Source: Amoebidium appalachense
Taxonomy: Eukaryota > Protista > Ichthyosporea
DNA length: 64,000 nt
Assembly (NCBI GenBank): GCA_963693365.1
Contig: CAVNZM010000013.1
Location: forward strand, 1,451,817-1,515,816
Reading direction: 5' to 3'
A program made the translations under genes and the position numbers. Below the pieces are notes generated by a model. The model was not told where the DNA came from. It saw nothing but the letters and a program-made list of their open reading frames with translations, and searched no databases. Below are positions 50,015 through 63,842 of this stretch, piece after piece; within the stretch, counting starts at the first letter, position 1; each line of letters starts with the position of its first letter.

Positions 50015-51427
50015 ATGGCGCCGAAGCACTTCATAACTCTCGCGGCGGCCCTCCAAGGTGCGCAGGCATGCAGCAACTTCCTCCTTCGCCACTCGGCAAA
50101 AACCTACCCCGTCTCTGCCCGCACAATGGACTGGGGCATCCCAGACCTCCACACCGAGATGTGGTCCATGGCACGGGGCCAAGCCATTCCCTTTGACTTC
50201 GTCCCTCGCAACTGCACCGGGCACACGTGCACCATGCCTACCGCCACGGCCAAGTACGGCAGTGTCTACCTTGGCGGCCTGGGCGTCAACCAGGCCGTCG
50301 ACGGTCTGAACGAGGCCGGCCTGGGTGTGGGCCTGCTCGCTCTCCCCGTGTCCTCGTATCCGCTGGCGGTCTCCGAGGACCCCCGCCCGTCTCTGCCCGT
50401 GTACAACGCACCCTTGTATCTGCTCTCCGTGTGTGACACCGTTGCGTGTGTGAAGGCAGAGATCGAGAAGTATCAGATAGTGGACGCGTATGCGCCCGTG
50501 CTGGACCAGCTGGGTGGGTTCATGGGTCTGCACTGGACCTTCCACGACGCCAACGGTGAATCCATCATTGTGGAGTATGTCGGCAACAAGGACGAAGACA
50601 AGGCCCCTGAATGCTTTGCCAAGAACATGCCGTATGCGGAGAAGGCAGGGGCACGCACGTGCATCTACGACAACAACGACGGCATGGTGATAACCAACGC
50701 CCCATTCTTCGAGCAGATGAGAGAGATGGTGGTTGCTCGCTTCAATGTCACCCGGCTGTCGGATATCTCCACCGTTTCTCGAGCCACTCTCAAGGAGGTC
50801 CAGCGCACATCGGGTAGTTTTGATGGCCCCGACCGGTTCTCGTCTCTCCTCGTCATGCAGGAGGCAGCCGTGCGCGCAAACGGCCGCTGGCTGAACAGCA
50901 CCACCGGCATAGAGTCGTTTGTCAGCCCAGACCCGTCCGTCGACCTTGTCTACGAGGCGCACGCTATGATTGGCCGCGTGTCACGTACCCGTGGCAACTA
51001 CGACTTTGACACGTACAAGGGCACCACTTACTGGCAGGTGGTGAGGGACCACAAGTCATTGCGCTATTACTACCGCCAGCCCGCCAACCCCAACCTGCGC
51101 ATGATCGAAATCACAAAGCTCGACCTGGGCAACCACGGCTTGGCGCGGCCCCACGTGCCCCTCAACTACGACATGGACCGCCAGTGGGCCGAGACGTCCA
51201 ACTACATGCTCCTGGGCCGGAATGCACCCACCTACTGCACCAATGCCTCCGCCTGCAATGGTGTGGCCGCAGATAGCAGTGCCCTGGCCGCTGCCACTCT
51301 CGGGCTGTTGGTGTTCAATGTGTTGGTGTCTGTGGGCCTCGTGGTGTACGTCATTAGGGTTGGTAGGAGGGTCGGTCAAAGCGACAATATTGAGACCACC
51401 ACCAACTTAAACAGTGAGAAGGCATAG
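50015..51427 (+). CDS. Ntn-hydrolase of the choloylglycine hydrolase/penicillin V acylase family (470 aa), with signal peptide and C-terminal transmembrane anchor; intronless
   Basis: AQA|CSNF places the nucleophilic Cys right after a signal peptidase-like site; motifs ARTMDW, DGLNEAGL, LHW, TNAP, DRF, T.W.VVRD...YYY; hydrophobic LAAATLGLLVFNVLVSVGLVVYVI. Confidence 0.9.
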   Translation: MAPKHFITLAAALQGAQACSNFLLRHSAKTYPVSARTMDWGIPDLHTEMWSMARGQAIPFDFVPRNCTGHTCTMPTATAKYGSVYLGGLGVNQAVDGLNEAGLGVGLLALPVSSYPLAVSEDPRPSLPVYNAPLYLLSVCDTVACVKAEIEKYQIVDAYAPVLDQLGGFMGLHWTFHDANGESIIVEYVGNKDEDKAPECFAKNMPYAEKAGARTCIYDNNDGMVITNAPFFEQMREMVVARFNVTRLSDISTVSRATLKEVQRTSGSFDGPDRFSSLLVMQEAAVRANGRWLNSTTGIESFVSPDPSVDLVYEAHAMIGRVSRTRGNYDFDTYKGTTYWQVVRDHKSLRYYYRQPANPNLRMIEITKLDLGNHGLARPHVPLNYDMDRQWAETSNYMLLGRNAPTYCTNASACNGVAADSSALAAATLGLLVFNVLVSVGLVVYVIRVGRRVGQSDNIETTTNLNSEKA

Positions 51428-52194
51428 GTGACTGAAACATTTCACCCCACCGGTTTGTTCTCATAATATATGCGACTTGCTGTACAGTAGTTTGTAAATC
51501 ACATCATTACTGCTCATCCTGTATCATGTATTTTTTAAAATTTTGCAAAGTTTTAATATAATTTAAAACAAGATTTAGCAAGACCACCAACAACATTAAC
51601 CTTGGGGATCCGAAGGATGTATGGCTGGTTCAGCATAAGGCTTCTGGTCCAGGATTCAAAGAAAATAAACACAACATTTTATTAAAGTCATGCCCGGTGA
51701 TGATGCCTCAAAGTCAAATATGAACTCGAATGCAAATGTTCATGATTTTGACTTGACAGAAACAAACTTGGGCACTGCAGGTCCCCCTCTCACGGTTACC
51801 CTTTGAAACAGCTACCTCTTGAAGTAACTACCGTACACTCAGAATAACCGGAATGATCCTTTATTACTTGGTTGTTTTGAGCTTGAATCCAATCTTTTTT
51901 GCATCAGAAGTTCTATATTTGCAACTGCCTGTGCAAACTGTGTTGGAAACCCGGACCCACCCTACCCCCCCCTCCCCCCCCCCCCCCTCCCCTACCCCCC
52001 CCCCCCTCCCCCCCCCCCCCCTCCCCCCTCCCCTCTTCTCCCCCCACCCACCCACCCACCCATCCACCACCACCACCACCACCACCACCACCATGTGGAT
52101 TGATAGAAATACCAAAAATTGCAGATATGATTGCATATGACTGTCAGTGGGGTATCCGAAAGCTCAGCCTGCTATATGACGTTTTTCCACGTTT

Positions 52195-52228
<34 letters not shown>

Positions 52229-52603
52229 GGGGAAATACTCGAGTCTAGAGAGGGCGAGGGGGGAGTCTATAAAGCGAGAGAGAGATATCTAGGAGATCCA
52301 AAGAGGGAAAGACTGGAGACTCGGGGGGGGGGGGGGGGGGGGGGGGCTCGAGGCGGGGAGAGAAAAAGAACGAGAGAGATAAATGGAGAGAGAGAGGAAG
52401 GGCGGGGAGGAAGGGGGGGGGGGGGGGGAGGAAGGGGAGGGGGGAAGGGGGGGGGGGGGGGGGGGGGAGGGAAAAGAGGGAGGGAGGGCAGCCGAGAGAG
52501 AAAAAGGCGCGGAGAAGGGAGGGAGGGAGGTGGGGGACAGAAAAGGAGATAGACTAGAAGAGGGGGAAAAGGGGGAGAGAGAAGGGGGGGGGGGGGGGGG
52601 GGG

Positions 52604-52635
<32 letters not shown>

Positions 52636-52713
52636 AGGGACAGAGTGAGAGAGAGTGAGAGAGAGAGAGAGAGAGTGAGAGAGAGAGTGAGAGGGCGGAG
52701 GGAGGGGGGGGGG

Positions 52714-52770
<57 letters not shown>

Positions 52771-53068
52771 GGAGAGGAAGGGGGCCGGGGTTGAGGGAGG
52801 GAAGGAAGGAAGGAGATAGGGGGAGAGGTTGGAGGAGGGTGAGCGAGGGGGGGGGGGGGGGGGGGGGGGGGGGAGAGAGAGAGAGAGAGAAAGGCGGAAA
52901 GCTAGAGAGCAAGAGAGAAAGAAAGAGGGAGGAATGAAGCAAGGATGGGTGAGTAGGTGGAGAGCGAGAGAGAGAGTGAGAGTGAAAAGATAGAGGATGA
53001 GAGGGAGGGGGGGGGGGGGGGGGGGGGGGGAGACAGACTTGAAGAGAGATGGAGAGAGAGAGCGTTTC

Positions 53069-53104
<36 letters not shown>

Positions 53105-53156
53105 ACAAAGAGAGAGAGAGAGAGAGAGAGTTTCAGAGACAGAGAGAGAGAGAGAG

Positions 53157-53263
<107 letters not shown>

Positions 53264-53307
53264 ACACGTACACACACACGCGCGCGCACGCGTACACACC
53301 TAACCAC

Positions 53308-53778
53308 CCATGGTGACCATCATCAACGGTTATTTTTGTACCACGGCCCCCACTTGTCTCCCGCATAGCCTTGCATTGTTAAGAATTTACCTCCCAAATT
53401 TGAACTTATAACACAAGATAAATATTATAATTATTTCACATTTAGATGGAACTTTACAGATAAGGTTATTTGTGGATGCTTTCAGTTCACTTCATCAATA
53501 AACTACATACAATTAGATCAGATTTAGATGATATTCTACAGGCATGTTATTTTCTGGAGGCATTTTTCTTAAAGGCATGCATGCTATGTCGGAATTTCTC
53601 AAAGGCATGCATGCAACTCTCCTTGTATGTCGATTTCCATGCGGGGAAACAGCTGACGTCAAAATGACGTACATATGATGCCCCAACCGGAAAGGACGAC
53701 ATCAACCTTACGGATCCCCCTCCCCCCCCCCCTCCCCCTCCCCCCCCCCCCCCCCCACCACCACACAGAGACACAAAC

Positions 53779-53813
<35 letters not shown>

Positions 53814-53855
53814 CAAACACAAACACCGTAGCACGACACGCACACAGGCACACAG

Positions 53856-53911
<56 letters not shown>

Positions 53912-54123
53912 TGCACACCACTGGGCAGGAAAAAAACCTTATTCTATTGAATTCAATACCAGCGAACCTTTTTAGTCTAGGGAAAGGTGCACGTGTAAGT
54001 GTTTTTGCCTCCCTCCTCCCTCCGCCCCGTACCCCCTTCCGTCCTCCCCCTCCCCCCCTCCCGCGGCCCGCTCCTTCCCCTCACACACGTACACCCCCAC
54101 TCCCTTCCTTCCCTCTTCTCCCC

Positions 54124-54182
<59 letters not shown>

Positions 54183-54490
54183 AATAATGATATGGAAGGG
54201 GGACTCACGAACGCTCCCCAGGTAGGGCTTGCCGTGGTCACACATTCGGACATCCCCTGAAAATTTAACAACTTGAAAACCAATTTCAGCCTCGGATGTC
54301 GGGTTTCAATACCCTGGTAGACGGTGTCAATTTTCGAAAGGTGTTCTGCTCAGACCCCATGATCGTGAGTCTAGGAGTCCAAATTCGATCGTGACCGCTT
54401 CCCCCAATCATCACAGCCCTTTCAAAATGATATTGGAAAAGGGAGGGTGGCAGGGGGGGCGGGGGAGGGGGCTTGGCTGGGGGAGGAGGG

Positions 54491-54525
<35 letters not shown>

Positions 54526-54891
54526 TGATGGGGCCGGAGATGTGGTGTGTGCGGGGGGGGGGGGGGGGGGGGGGGGGGGATTGTGTCTGAAAAACAGGTG
54601 TGAAAAAGATCGATAACCGTGGAACGTGGAGACTACTCACACGTCCACCTAACCCCCTCCCCTCCCCTCCCCCCCCCCCCCCCCCCCCCCCCCTTTCAAT
54701 CCCCCCCCCCCCCCCCCCCCTCCCCCCCCCGCCCGCACACTCCCTCCCCCTCCACTCCCCCCCCTACTTCCCCCTTCCCTCCCCTCCCACCAACGTTTCC
54801 CACTCCACCCTTCCAAAAACGAAACCCAATCCCCCCTTCCCCGTTCTCGCCCGAGACACCAACCACTCCCCCCCCCCCCTGCCCCCCCCCC

Positions 54892-54945
<54 letters not shown>

Positions 54946-55341
54946 AAAACAAAAAACAAAAAAAAAAAAAAAAAAAAAGAAAAGAAAAAAAAAAGAAGAA
55001 AAAAAAGAAGAAAAAAAACCATCCATATAACCTCCCCCCACACACGTGCACCATACCACCACCACTACCACTACCGCCAACACCATTCCCCCCAAACCCG
55101 GCCATTTTCAGATCTTGGTGTCCCCATGTTAGTGCACGCACATGCCAAAAAATCGCCCCCCAGGGGGAGGGGGGGGGGGGAGGGGGGGGAGGGGCAGCAG
55201 AAGACAGGCGCACAGTCCATACGAAAATTTGACTGAAACCCTGGGACAACACAGATCTTCAAAATTTTGGGAATTCGTCTCAGTTGCAAAAAGTCCCCAG
55301 GGACCTTAACCCCTCCCCCCCCTCCCGCCCCCCTCCCCCCT

Positions 55342-55373
<32 letters not shown>

Positions 55374-55450
55374 CCCCTCCCCCCTCCAAAAAAAACCCAA
55401 AAAAGAAAAAAGCACGCGCGCGCGCGCGCGCGCGCGCGTGTGTGTGTCAC

Positions 55451-55488
<38 letters not shown>

Positions 55489-56094
55489 TGTGTGTTTGTG
55501 TGTGTTGTGTGGAGCGCCGAGGGGTGGGGAGGGGGGAGGGGGAGTTTTAATACACTGGAATTTTTCCGAAATCTGTGTGTTGTTGAGAAACTTCTCAGAT
55601 ATGAAATTACTCCCCATTTTCCCAGTCCCTTTTTTTCCATCTTTGTTGAAGTTTTCCCGGTGTCTCACCTGAGTTTCAGAGTCCGAAACCCCTGAATCTT
55701 TGCTCCTTGATACAGTGCTAGAATCTAGCCGTGGTAGGAAACCTATGCTCAGGATCGCAGTGTGACTTAAAGCAGCCACCGCATCTCCCATTTTCGCGTC
55801 TGGGCGGCGAAAAAGCCACTGAAATCTAAGATGTCTCACACCAATCAGAAGACGTGATCATGTTAGGTCACATTGTCGATGTCGAAATACATTTTGGGGC
55901 CTTTTTTGAGCTAAACGCCAAACCTGCTGCGTGACAGTTGTTACAAATGACGTCAGCAATGTGGCTCGCCGCCCGGTCGGCTACAAAGGGAGAAGCAATG
56001 GTTGCTTTAATCATATTCTGTTACATGCACGTGCACACACTTTCTCTCCTCTCTCCTGTCATCACACACATGCACCTCCTCCCGCCCTACTACC

Positions 56095-56135
<41 letters not shown>

Positions 56136-56812
56136 AAAAGGAAGACAGCAGAATACCCCCCCCTCCCCCCCCGTCCCTTTACCCTCCCCCCCCCCCCCCC
56201 CCTGACCCATCCACCCACCCACCCACCCCGCCGCCCCGGCTCCCCCCCTCCCCCGTCCCTCCCCCCCACCTCCCCCCCACCTCCCCCCCCCCTCCCCCGC
56301 CCTTCCCCCCACACATATATCCCGTTAGCTATAGGTACCTACCTGAATGCCCATATTTTCCTCCTAGTCACAGAGCCTCCTCCCCTGAAGTGAATAGTAG
56401 GTTAATGGTAAAATGATTTTTTCCGTTTGAAAATTAATTAATAGTGTCTCGTATTATGGGTGTGTGTGTGTGTGTGTGTGTTGGCCGGGGGGAGGGGGGG
56501 GGGGGGGGGGGGAGAGTGGTTGGGAGTGGGGGAGTGGGCAGGGGGGAGGAGGGGGGGGGGAGGGGGGGGAGAGGGGGGGGGGGGGGGGATTGTCAGGTGT
56601 TAAGGAGCAAGGATATACCGGCGGTTTTTGGAGAGGTCACTCGGAGACGTCGACACCGGGAGAACTTTCAACAAAGACAGGAAAACACGGACTGCCGGGA
56701 AAATGGGGAGTAGTTTCTTTTCATATTTATCAAGAACACGCAGATTTCGAAAATTTTCCAATATATTCAACCTTCCCCTTCCCTCCTCCCCATCCCTTGA
56801 CGTTCGAAACAA

Positions 56813-56909
<97 letters not shown>

Positions 56910-57135
56910 TGTGTGTGGGGGGGTCATCATTTTCTTTTTTCAAAGTTTTTTTTTTTTTTGAGGGGGGGGGGGGGGGGGGGGGGGGGGGGAGGGGGGGGGG
57001 AGGGGGGGGGGGAGGGGGGGAAGGGGGAAGGGGGAATTTGGTATCTTTCTTGGCCGAGAAACGGGGCGATGGGGGTGGTGGGGGGGTGGGGAGGTGGGGG
57101 GTGGGGGTGGTGGTGGTGGTGGTGGTGGTGGTGGT

Positions 57136-57172
<37 letters not shown>

Positions 57173-58162
57173 AAGGTAGACGTGTGAGTGGTCTCCACGT
57201 TCCACGGTTATCGATCTTTTTTCACACTTGTTTTTTTTTTATATATTTACAGTGGGTGTCCGAGGGTGTGACCACGGCAAGCCCTGCCTGGTGAGTTGTG
57301 TGACCCTCCATTCCATTTAAAATATTATTTTTTTTTTTTCGGGAGGGTTTTGGGGGGCGGGTGGAGGGGGGTAAGTGGAAAAAGAAGAGGGATGGGGGGA
57401 AGGGGTGCATATGTGTGTAGGTGCCGGGCGGGGGGAGGGGGGGGGGGGGGAAGGGGGGAGGGGGGGGGGGGGGGGGGGGGGGGGAGGGGGGAGGGTGGGG
57501 GGGGGGGGGGGGGGGGGGGAGGCAAATAAACTTACACCTTACCTAGACTGAAAAGGTTCGCTGCTGGTCACAATAATTGAGTTCAACCAAATAAAGTTGC
57601 CAAGTTTTCCGCTCAGTGGTGTGCAGATTATGTGTGTGTGTGCGTGCGTGCGTGTGTGTGTGTGTGTGTGCGCGCGCGCGCGTGTGTGTGTGTGTGTGTG
57701 TGGAGGGGGGAGGGGGTCGGAGGGGGGAGAGGGGGGGGGGGGGCGGGAGGGGTGGGGGGACCTTAAGGTTTATGTCGGCCGTTCTTGGTGGGACATCATA
57801 GGTACGTCATTTTGACGTCACCGAGAGGCTCATGGGCTGTCGACACCAATGAAATTCAGCACACTGATTGGTTTAATCTATAAGGGATGTCCATTTCTTG
57901 AAAATCGACATACTTTGGCAAGGAGAATCTCATGCGTGCCTTTGAGAAATGTTGATATACATAGTCGTTAACTGAAAATAATATACCTGTACGATAAACG
58001 TACCTGTATAACTCCATCTAAATCTATCGGGAGGAAGTTATGGTACTGTGTACTGTCATGAAGTTAGAATTTAAACGTGAACACCCCAAGAAAGCAAGGA
58101 CATACTGGAGACAAGCGGGACTGTCGGTGAAGAATTATTCTGTGATAGTCACCAATTTGGGT
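53308..58162. repeat. Large degenerate inverted repeat (foldback-like); arms ~53308-55715 and ~56590-58162
   Basis: At least eight collinear blocks match in reverse complement, e.g. 53654 tgacgtcaaaatgacgtac vs 57802-57820, 54597-54650 vs 57172-57232, 55560-55680 vs 56640-56765. Confidence 0.85.
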
Positions 58163-58342
58163 GGCTTGTGTGTGTGTGTGTGTGTCCCGGGGGGGGGGGG
58201 GGCAGGTCTCAGGTTGAATCGGAACACAAGGAGGGGGTGGGTGGGTGGGTTACTAAGTTAAGTCCACGTATATGTACGAGAGGGGTGGGTGGGGGCCGGG
58301 GTGGAGGGGGTGGCGGGGGGTGGCGGGGGGAGGGGGGGTGGG

Positions 58343-58376
<34 letters not shown>

Positions 58377-58520
58377 GGGGGTTTAGCTGTACTACATATC
58401 ATGAAATCCGAGTTGGGAATGACTTTTGGGGGCAGGCCGGGACCTCTGAGATGGGGTCTCATTTCAAAGTTTGGAGGAGAAAGAAGGGTGGGATGAGGGG
58501 ATTTTTTTTTCGGGGGGAAA

Positions 58521-58568
<48 letters not shown>

Positions 58569-58731
58569 TTAGTGGGTGAAGGCCCTGTGATTCATGTCCT
58601 ATACTTCAGCAACCACCAAAATTGAGTTGCAGTGTTTTATTCAAACCTTTTCTTTTTTTTTCCCTCTCTTTTTCTCCTTTCTTTTTCTTTCTTTTTTGCT
58701 GGACACGAAACCCCCCCCCCCCCCCCCCTCT

Positions 58732-58766
<35 letters not shown>

Positions 58767-58948
58767 CCTGCCAAACTTCTCCCACCCTGATAGGTATACT
58801 CCAAGGAGAGATGTACGGACAAGCACCTTCAAGTGCGTATGTATTCGCCCCCCCCCCCCCCCCCCCCCCCTCCCCCCCCCCTCCCTTTCACCGTACACCC
58901 ATGTAATATACATAAACATTTCAGTTTTGCCTTAATCTCTTTCCCCCC

Positions 58949-59002
<54 letters not shown>

Positions 59003-59037
59003 GAAAGAGACCAAAGAAAAGGAAACAGATGGAAAAA

Positions 59038-59071
<34 letters not shown>

Positions 59072-59227
59072 AGAGGGAAGGAAACAGAAAAGAACAGGGA
59101 AGCAATGATCGGTTCCAATCCAATCGCATGACTACCCTTTTCCTGATTATTTTGTGCTTGGCATTTGCAGGACCCACACCTTTCACTCCCCAAACACAAA
59201 AGCAAAGAGGACCGATGCTGGGTAAGC

Positions 59228-59259
<32 letters not shown>

Positions 59260-59531
59260 ACACACACACCAACACATCAAAGGACAAAAGGCAAGATATA
59301 ATGTAAATTAGGACAGTTCCCGTTACATAACCACAGACTAAAGTTTGGGGGGAGGGGGGGGGGGGGGGGGGGGGGGAGGGGGGGACAGGGTAACATGGAT
59401 TCCAGGCAAATATGGTACTTTGAAGGTTTCTGAAAAACAAAAATAAGGATTTACCCCCCCCCCCCCCCCCCCCCCCGTGTGTACGCGTACGTGTGTGGGC
59501 GGGTGGGTCGTGTTTGTGTGTGTATGTATGT

Positions 59532-59583
<52 letters not shown>

Positions 59584-59925
59584 GGGGGGAGGATAGGAGG
59601 AGGGGTAGGTGGGTGGGTGTGGGTCGGGGGGGAGCAGGTAGGTGTGTGTGTGTGTGTGTGTTGGTGTGCATGTGCATGCGTGTGCAGGTGTGCACGCACA
59701 TGGGTGTGTCTGTGTTTGATTGTATGCACGTGTTTTTGTGCTGGTGCGCATGCACGTGTGCAGGGAGAGCTGGAATTGCAGGGATGCCGTGATGTTTGCA
59801 TGGTTTGCTCGGCACAGTGAACAACAGCCATGCGATGCACTGGCTCTACAGGTCCATCTGGACGGTATTCACTTTTTGCTGCCCGTGCGCAATGTGACAC
59901 ACACACACACACACACACAGACACA

Positions 59926-59956
<31 letters not shown>

Positions 59957-60049
59957 GCTCGCGTGCACACACGCATGGACAGACGGTTGCATTTCTCTTG
60001 CACACACGCGCGCACACACACACACATGCACACACAGACACACACGTGT

Positions 60050-60124
<75 letters not shown>

Positions 60125-61600
60125 CTGCCAGCGACGAATGGGAGGAGACGCGGCCTGACTCTCCACTGTCTACTGCCAGTGACCTTGGCTCAAATGATGG
60201 TCTGTGGGAGGATGGTCTGTGGGAAAATTAATTAAATTTTCTCAGTGTAGTGACTATACCCCCCCCCCCCCCCCTAAATATAAATCATACAGTCAAAGTG
60301 TAATATTTAGCGTTGCCGAAAATTTCAATCAGGTTTATACAGTAAACACGAATATGAACTCTGTAGTAGACAGTGTGTCACACGGCCCAAGCAACCGTTA
60401 CAAGGTGTACCTTGTGCACATTTACTGTAGATCATCGTGGCCGTATGCCTTAGTATATACGTGAACAGATAAGAAAGCTGGTTAGAGGGATGTCTGTATA
60501 GCAGGTCACCAGAATTACAGTGGCACTTATGCATACAAACGTAAGAGAAGGCTGTGTGATGCCCACATACGCATGCGCGCGGTCACAGTGTGTGTGTGGT
60601 GCGTGTGATTTGTGTGGGTAGTGATTGTGAACGCTTTGTGTACCCAAGTGGGTGTGCACGTGCGTGTGTGTCCACCGAGTATGCACACAGCAGCGGGGGT
60701 GGGGGGGGAGAAGGGGGGAAGGGACGGAGGAGGGGGGGGGGGGGGGGGGGACGCGGTGCAGCCGGGCTCCATGTGCTGATTCTTGAAGGCTTCATGATTC
60801 ATGTGTTTGTATTTGTGCTGCGTGCGCGTTGTCGTACACAGGCAATCCGTGCTTGTATGAGGGCGAGCACGTGTACGTGGTATCGCCATTGCAAGAGATC
60901 ACGTGTGTGCGCATGTGTGTGAATGTGTGCCAGAGATCACGTGTGTGCGCATGTGTGTGAATGTGTGCGCGTGCACAGAACTTAATCTCCTCTAACCCTC
61001 CCCGTAACATCACTAGACGGCAACTGTCCGTGACGCTGCCACAAAGCTTGACCAAGTGAGAGTTACAGGCGGAAGAAAGCAAGGTAAGAGAAGAAAGAAC
61101 AGATCAGGGAGGAACTGGTTATAGGGGGGAATGGGGAGGGGCTCAGGGGATGAGCTTGGGTGAAGGGGGGGAGAGGGGGGCCGGGGGGGGGGGGGGAAAG
61201 GGTGGGGGGGGGGAGGGGGGTGATGAGTTCAGGGGTAAGCCTGCCAGAGGATGTGCGTGTGATAAGTACCTGGCGTCAGAAGGATTAAGAAGCTGTGCTC
61301 TCGAGCTGTCCATACTCGACTCATTGGGGCCCACTAGCTGATGGGCATGAAGGGTGACTTCCATGTTCAGAATTCAAGATGTGAGTGTGAGGGATGACAC
61401 CATAACACCAACAGAATAGTCGCTTGTCTGGCGAGTATGAAAGGTGTACCCAGGCAGACAGAGCTTCCCCAAACTAAAGGTCACGAAGATAGCAAAAAAT
61501 GAAAGGAAGTAATCGTGGCGTGTCAGTGTTGAGCTATAGCGTTTGTAGCGAGCCACAATACGAAATGTAGGGTACAGTAGTGCTTGCGATCGTGGCTTTT

Positions 61601-63706
61601 TCAGAAACCTATTGTGTGGCCTGTAGACCCATCTATCCCCATAGAATCGATCCTCCCCTTTTTCAGTCCCGATGCCATATGGTCTGTGATATCTAGTTAT
61701 AGCTCTAGTAAGTCTTGTGGACCTGATGGACTCCCTGCTGGGTTTCTTAAAATCCTTGTTCCCTCCTACCCACAAAAGGAAAGTGATCGTGCTATTAAAC
61801 CTGATCTTACTATCATGTTAAGCTCTCTCTTTTCTTGGTGTGTTAAATGTGGACATGTCCCGTCATCTTGGTTAGATACCTTAGTGATCCCCATAGTTAA
61901 GAAGGACTCTGAGGGCCCCATATCATCCTTTCGCCCCATTACACTAACCCAGGTTGTTCGTAGATTCTTTGAAGCTTGCTTACTTAGGTTATTTGCACAT
62001 CACCCTAGGTTTCAATCTATTCTTCACATACACCCATGCCAATCCGCTTTTCGTAAAAACAATTCATGTTATGTTCAAATAATGGCACTGCACGATTCTA
62101 TGCAAGTTGGTGCACAATACGTTGGCTTTATTGATTGGAAAACTGCTTACGATTCTGTCTCCCCTGGTCTCCTATGGGAAAAGCTTGCTGCACGGGGTGT
62201 ACCACACTGCATTGGTGTTCTGTTAGAAGCACTCTTGTCTCAAACCTATGGTAGAGCTGTGGTTAATGGGCATCTTTCATATGGTTTTGCTCGTACTAGA
62301 GGTCTCTTGCAGGGTTCATTGCTTAGCCCCTTTTTGTTTAACCTATTTATAGATGATTTGGCTGTCAAGATTTACGCCGAAAACGATGACCCTATTAATA
62401 ACTTTCCGCCTGCACTTCTCTATGCTGATGATCTGTCCCTCCTTGCCCGTACCCCTAGACGCCTGCAAAGATTGTTCGATGTAGTGTCAGAGTGGTGCAA
62501 GGCAAACCTTATGATCCTTAACATAGACAAATGTGGTGTTCTTGTACCTGATATAGCTAACAATTTACACACATTTACATTATCATCTAAACCTGTACCT
62601 ATAGTTCCAGAATACAAATATCTTGGTGTTCCGGTTGATTCTGTTGGTGTTATGTTTCCCCATATGGTCGAAAAGAGGGTAGAGTTGGCTCGTAAGCGGT
62701 TAGCTTTCTTCTCGGCTAATATTTTTAAAGACACACCCCTCCATCCTTCTATTAGACTTGCATTTATTCGCACTTTTGTCTTCCCGGCATGTGAATATGG
62801 TTTACCCCTTCTCGCCGCTTGGATCAAGAAAGAGAGAACTAGAGCGCTTAAACCCTTGGCAAATTTCCTTGAAGCAGAAGTTGCCTCCTTTCTATCTAAC
62901 AACTGTTGTAAACCTGGGCCTGTAACGCTCTCGATATATGGTCTGGTCCCAATAGCTGCTAGAGTATCCTATCTCGCGCTGAAATTCAATAAGCACATAA
63001 GCCGCTTAAAGAAGTATTTGCCCTCCCACCCTCTCTTCTCTATCCGACCTGTCCCCTCCTCACCTCTCCCCTCTTTCCTCCCCTCTCTCTCCCCTTCTCC
63101 CCTGGGCACAAATACAAATAAACCCCGCAATAGTGTGTGTGTGACTTTGGACTGCCACTTACTTATTAAACATGTACACAATCACAAGATAATCACGCAA
63201 TATAACAAATGGAAAAAGATACCACACGACACTAGACCCGATGAAAGCATACACCTTGAAAAACTAAGCCTTATGTCTCGTTTTATATATACTGACCGCC
63301 TCAACCATATTGCCAAATATGGCACTCGCAAGTGTATAACACCTAAATACATATTACCTTCCTGTAGAACTGGTCTTTCTCTAGCTGATGGTATTATTGA
63401 TCAATTACCACGCTTTTACTGTACACGTGCTATACAGTGGAGATCTAATAAGTATAAGGTGGCATCATTTGCATGCCCAAACAACACACACACACACCAG
63501 TTTAACCGGTCATGTATCGCCAAATGTAGTTTGATAGACCACATAATACCGCAACACACACACGTCACATTCACAACAGACACCCAGAAAGATAGCCTAC
63601 CTGTAAATTACAACATCCTTGATTTTATACTAAACACGCGTAACTACGACCTGTTTATTAGATGTATTGATTGGCTTGAGAAACACATCACTACAAAATT
63701 ATAGCG

Positions 63707-63757
<51 letters not shown>

Positions 63758-63790
63758 CCAGCTGATACCGAGTGTCCCGAGGGGGAGCCC

Positions 63791-63842
<52 letters not shown>

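Noticed and set aside
49955-50962. 335 aa antisense ORF over the hydrolase gene, and 231 aa antisense ORF over LINE ORF1
   Set aside because: Shadow ORFs expected from GC-rich codon usage on the coding strand.
59764-59863. Possible isolated exon bounded by cag and gtattc
   Set aside because: No recognisable protein similarity and no partner exons could be linked.
60893-60968. 38 bp tandem duplication
   Set aside because: Two-copy local duplication within GT-rich sequence; no further structure.
61584-61601. Apparent start of a 706 aa standalone RT gene
   Set aside because: The start is a non-ATG codon in flanking DNA fused to a 5'-truncated LINE.
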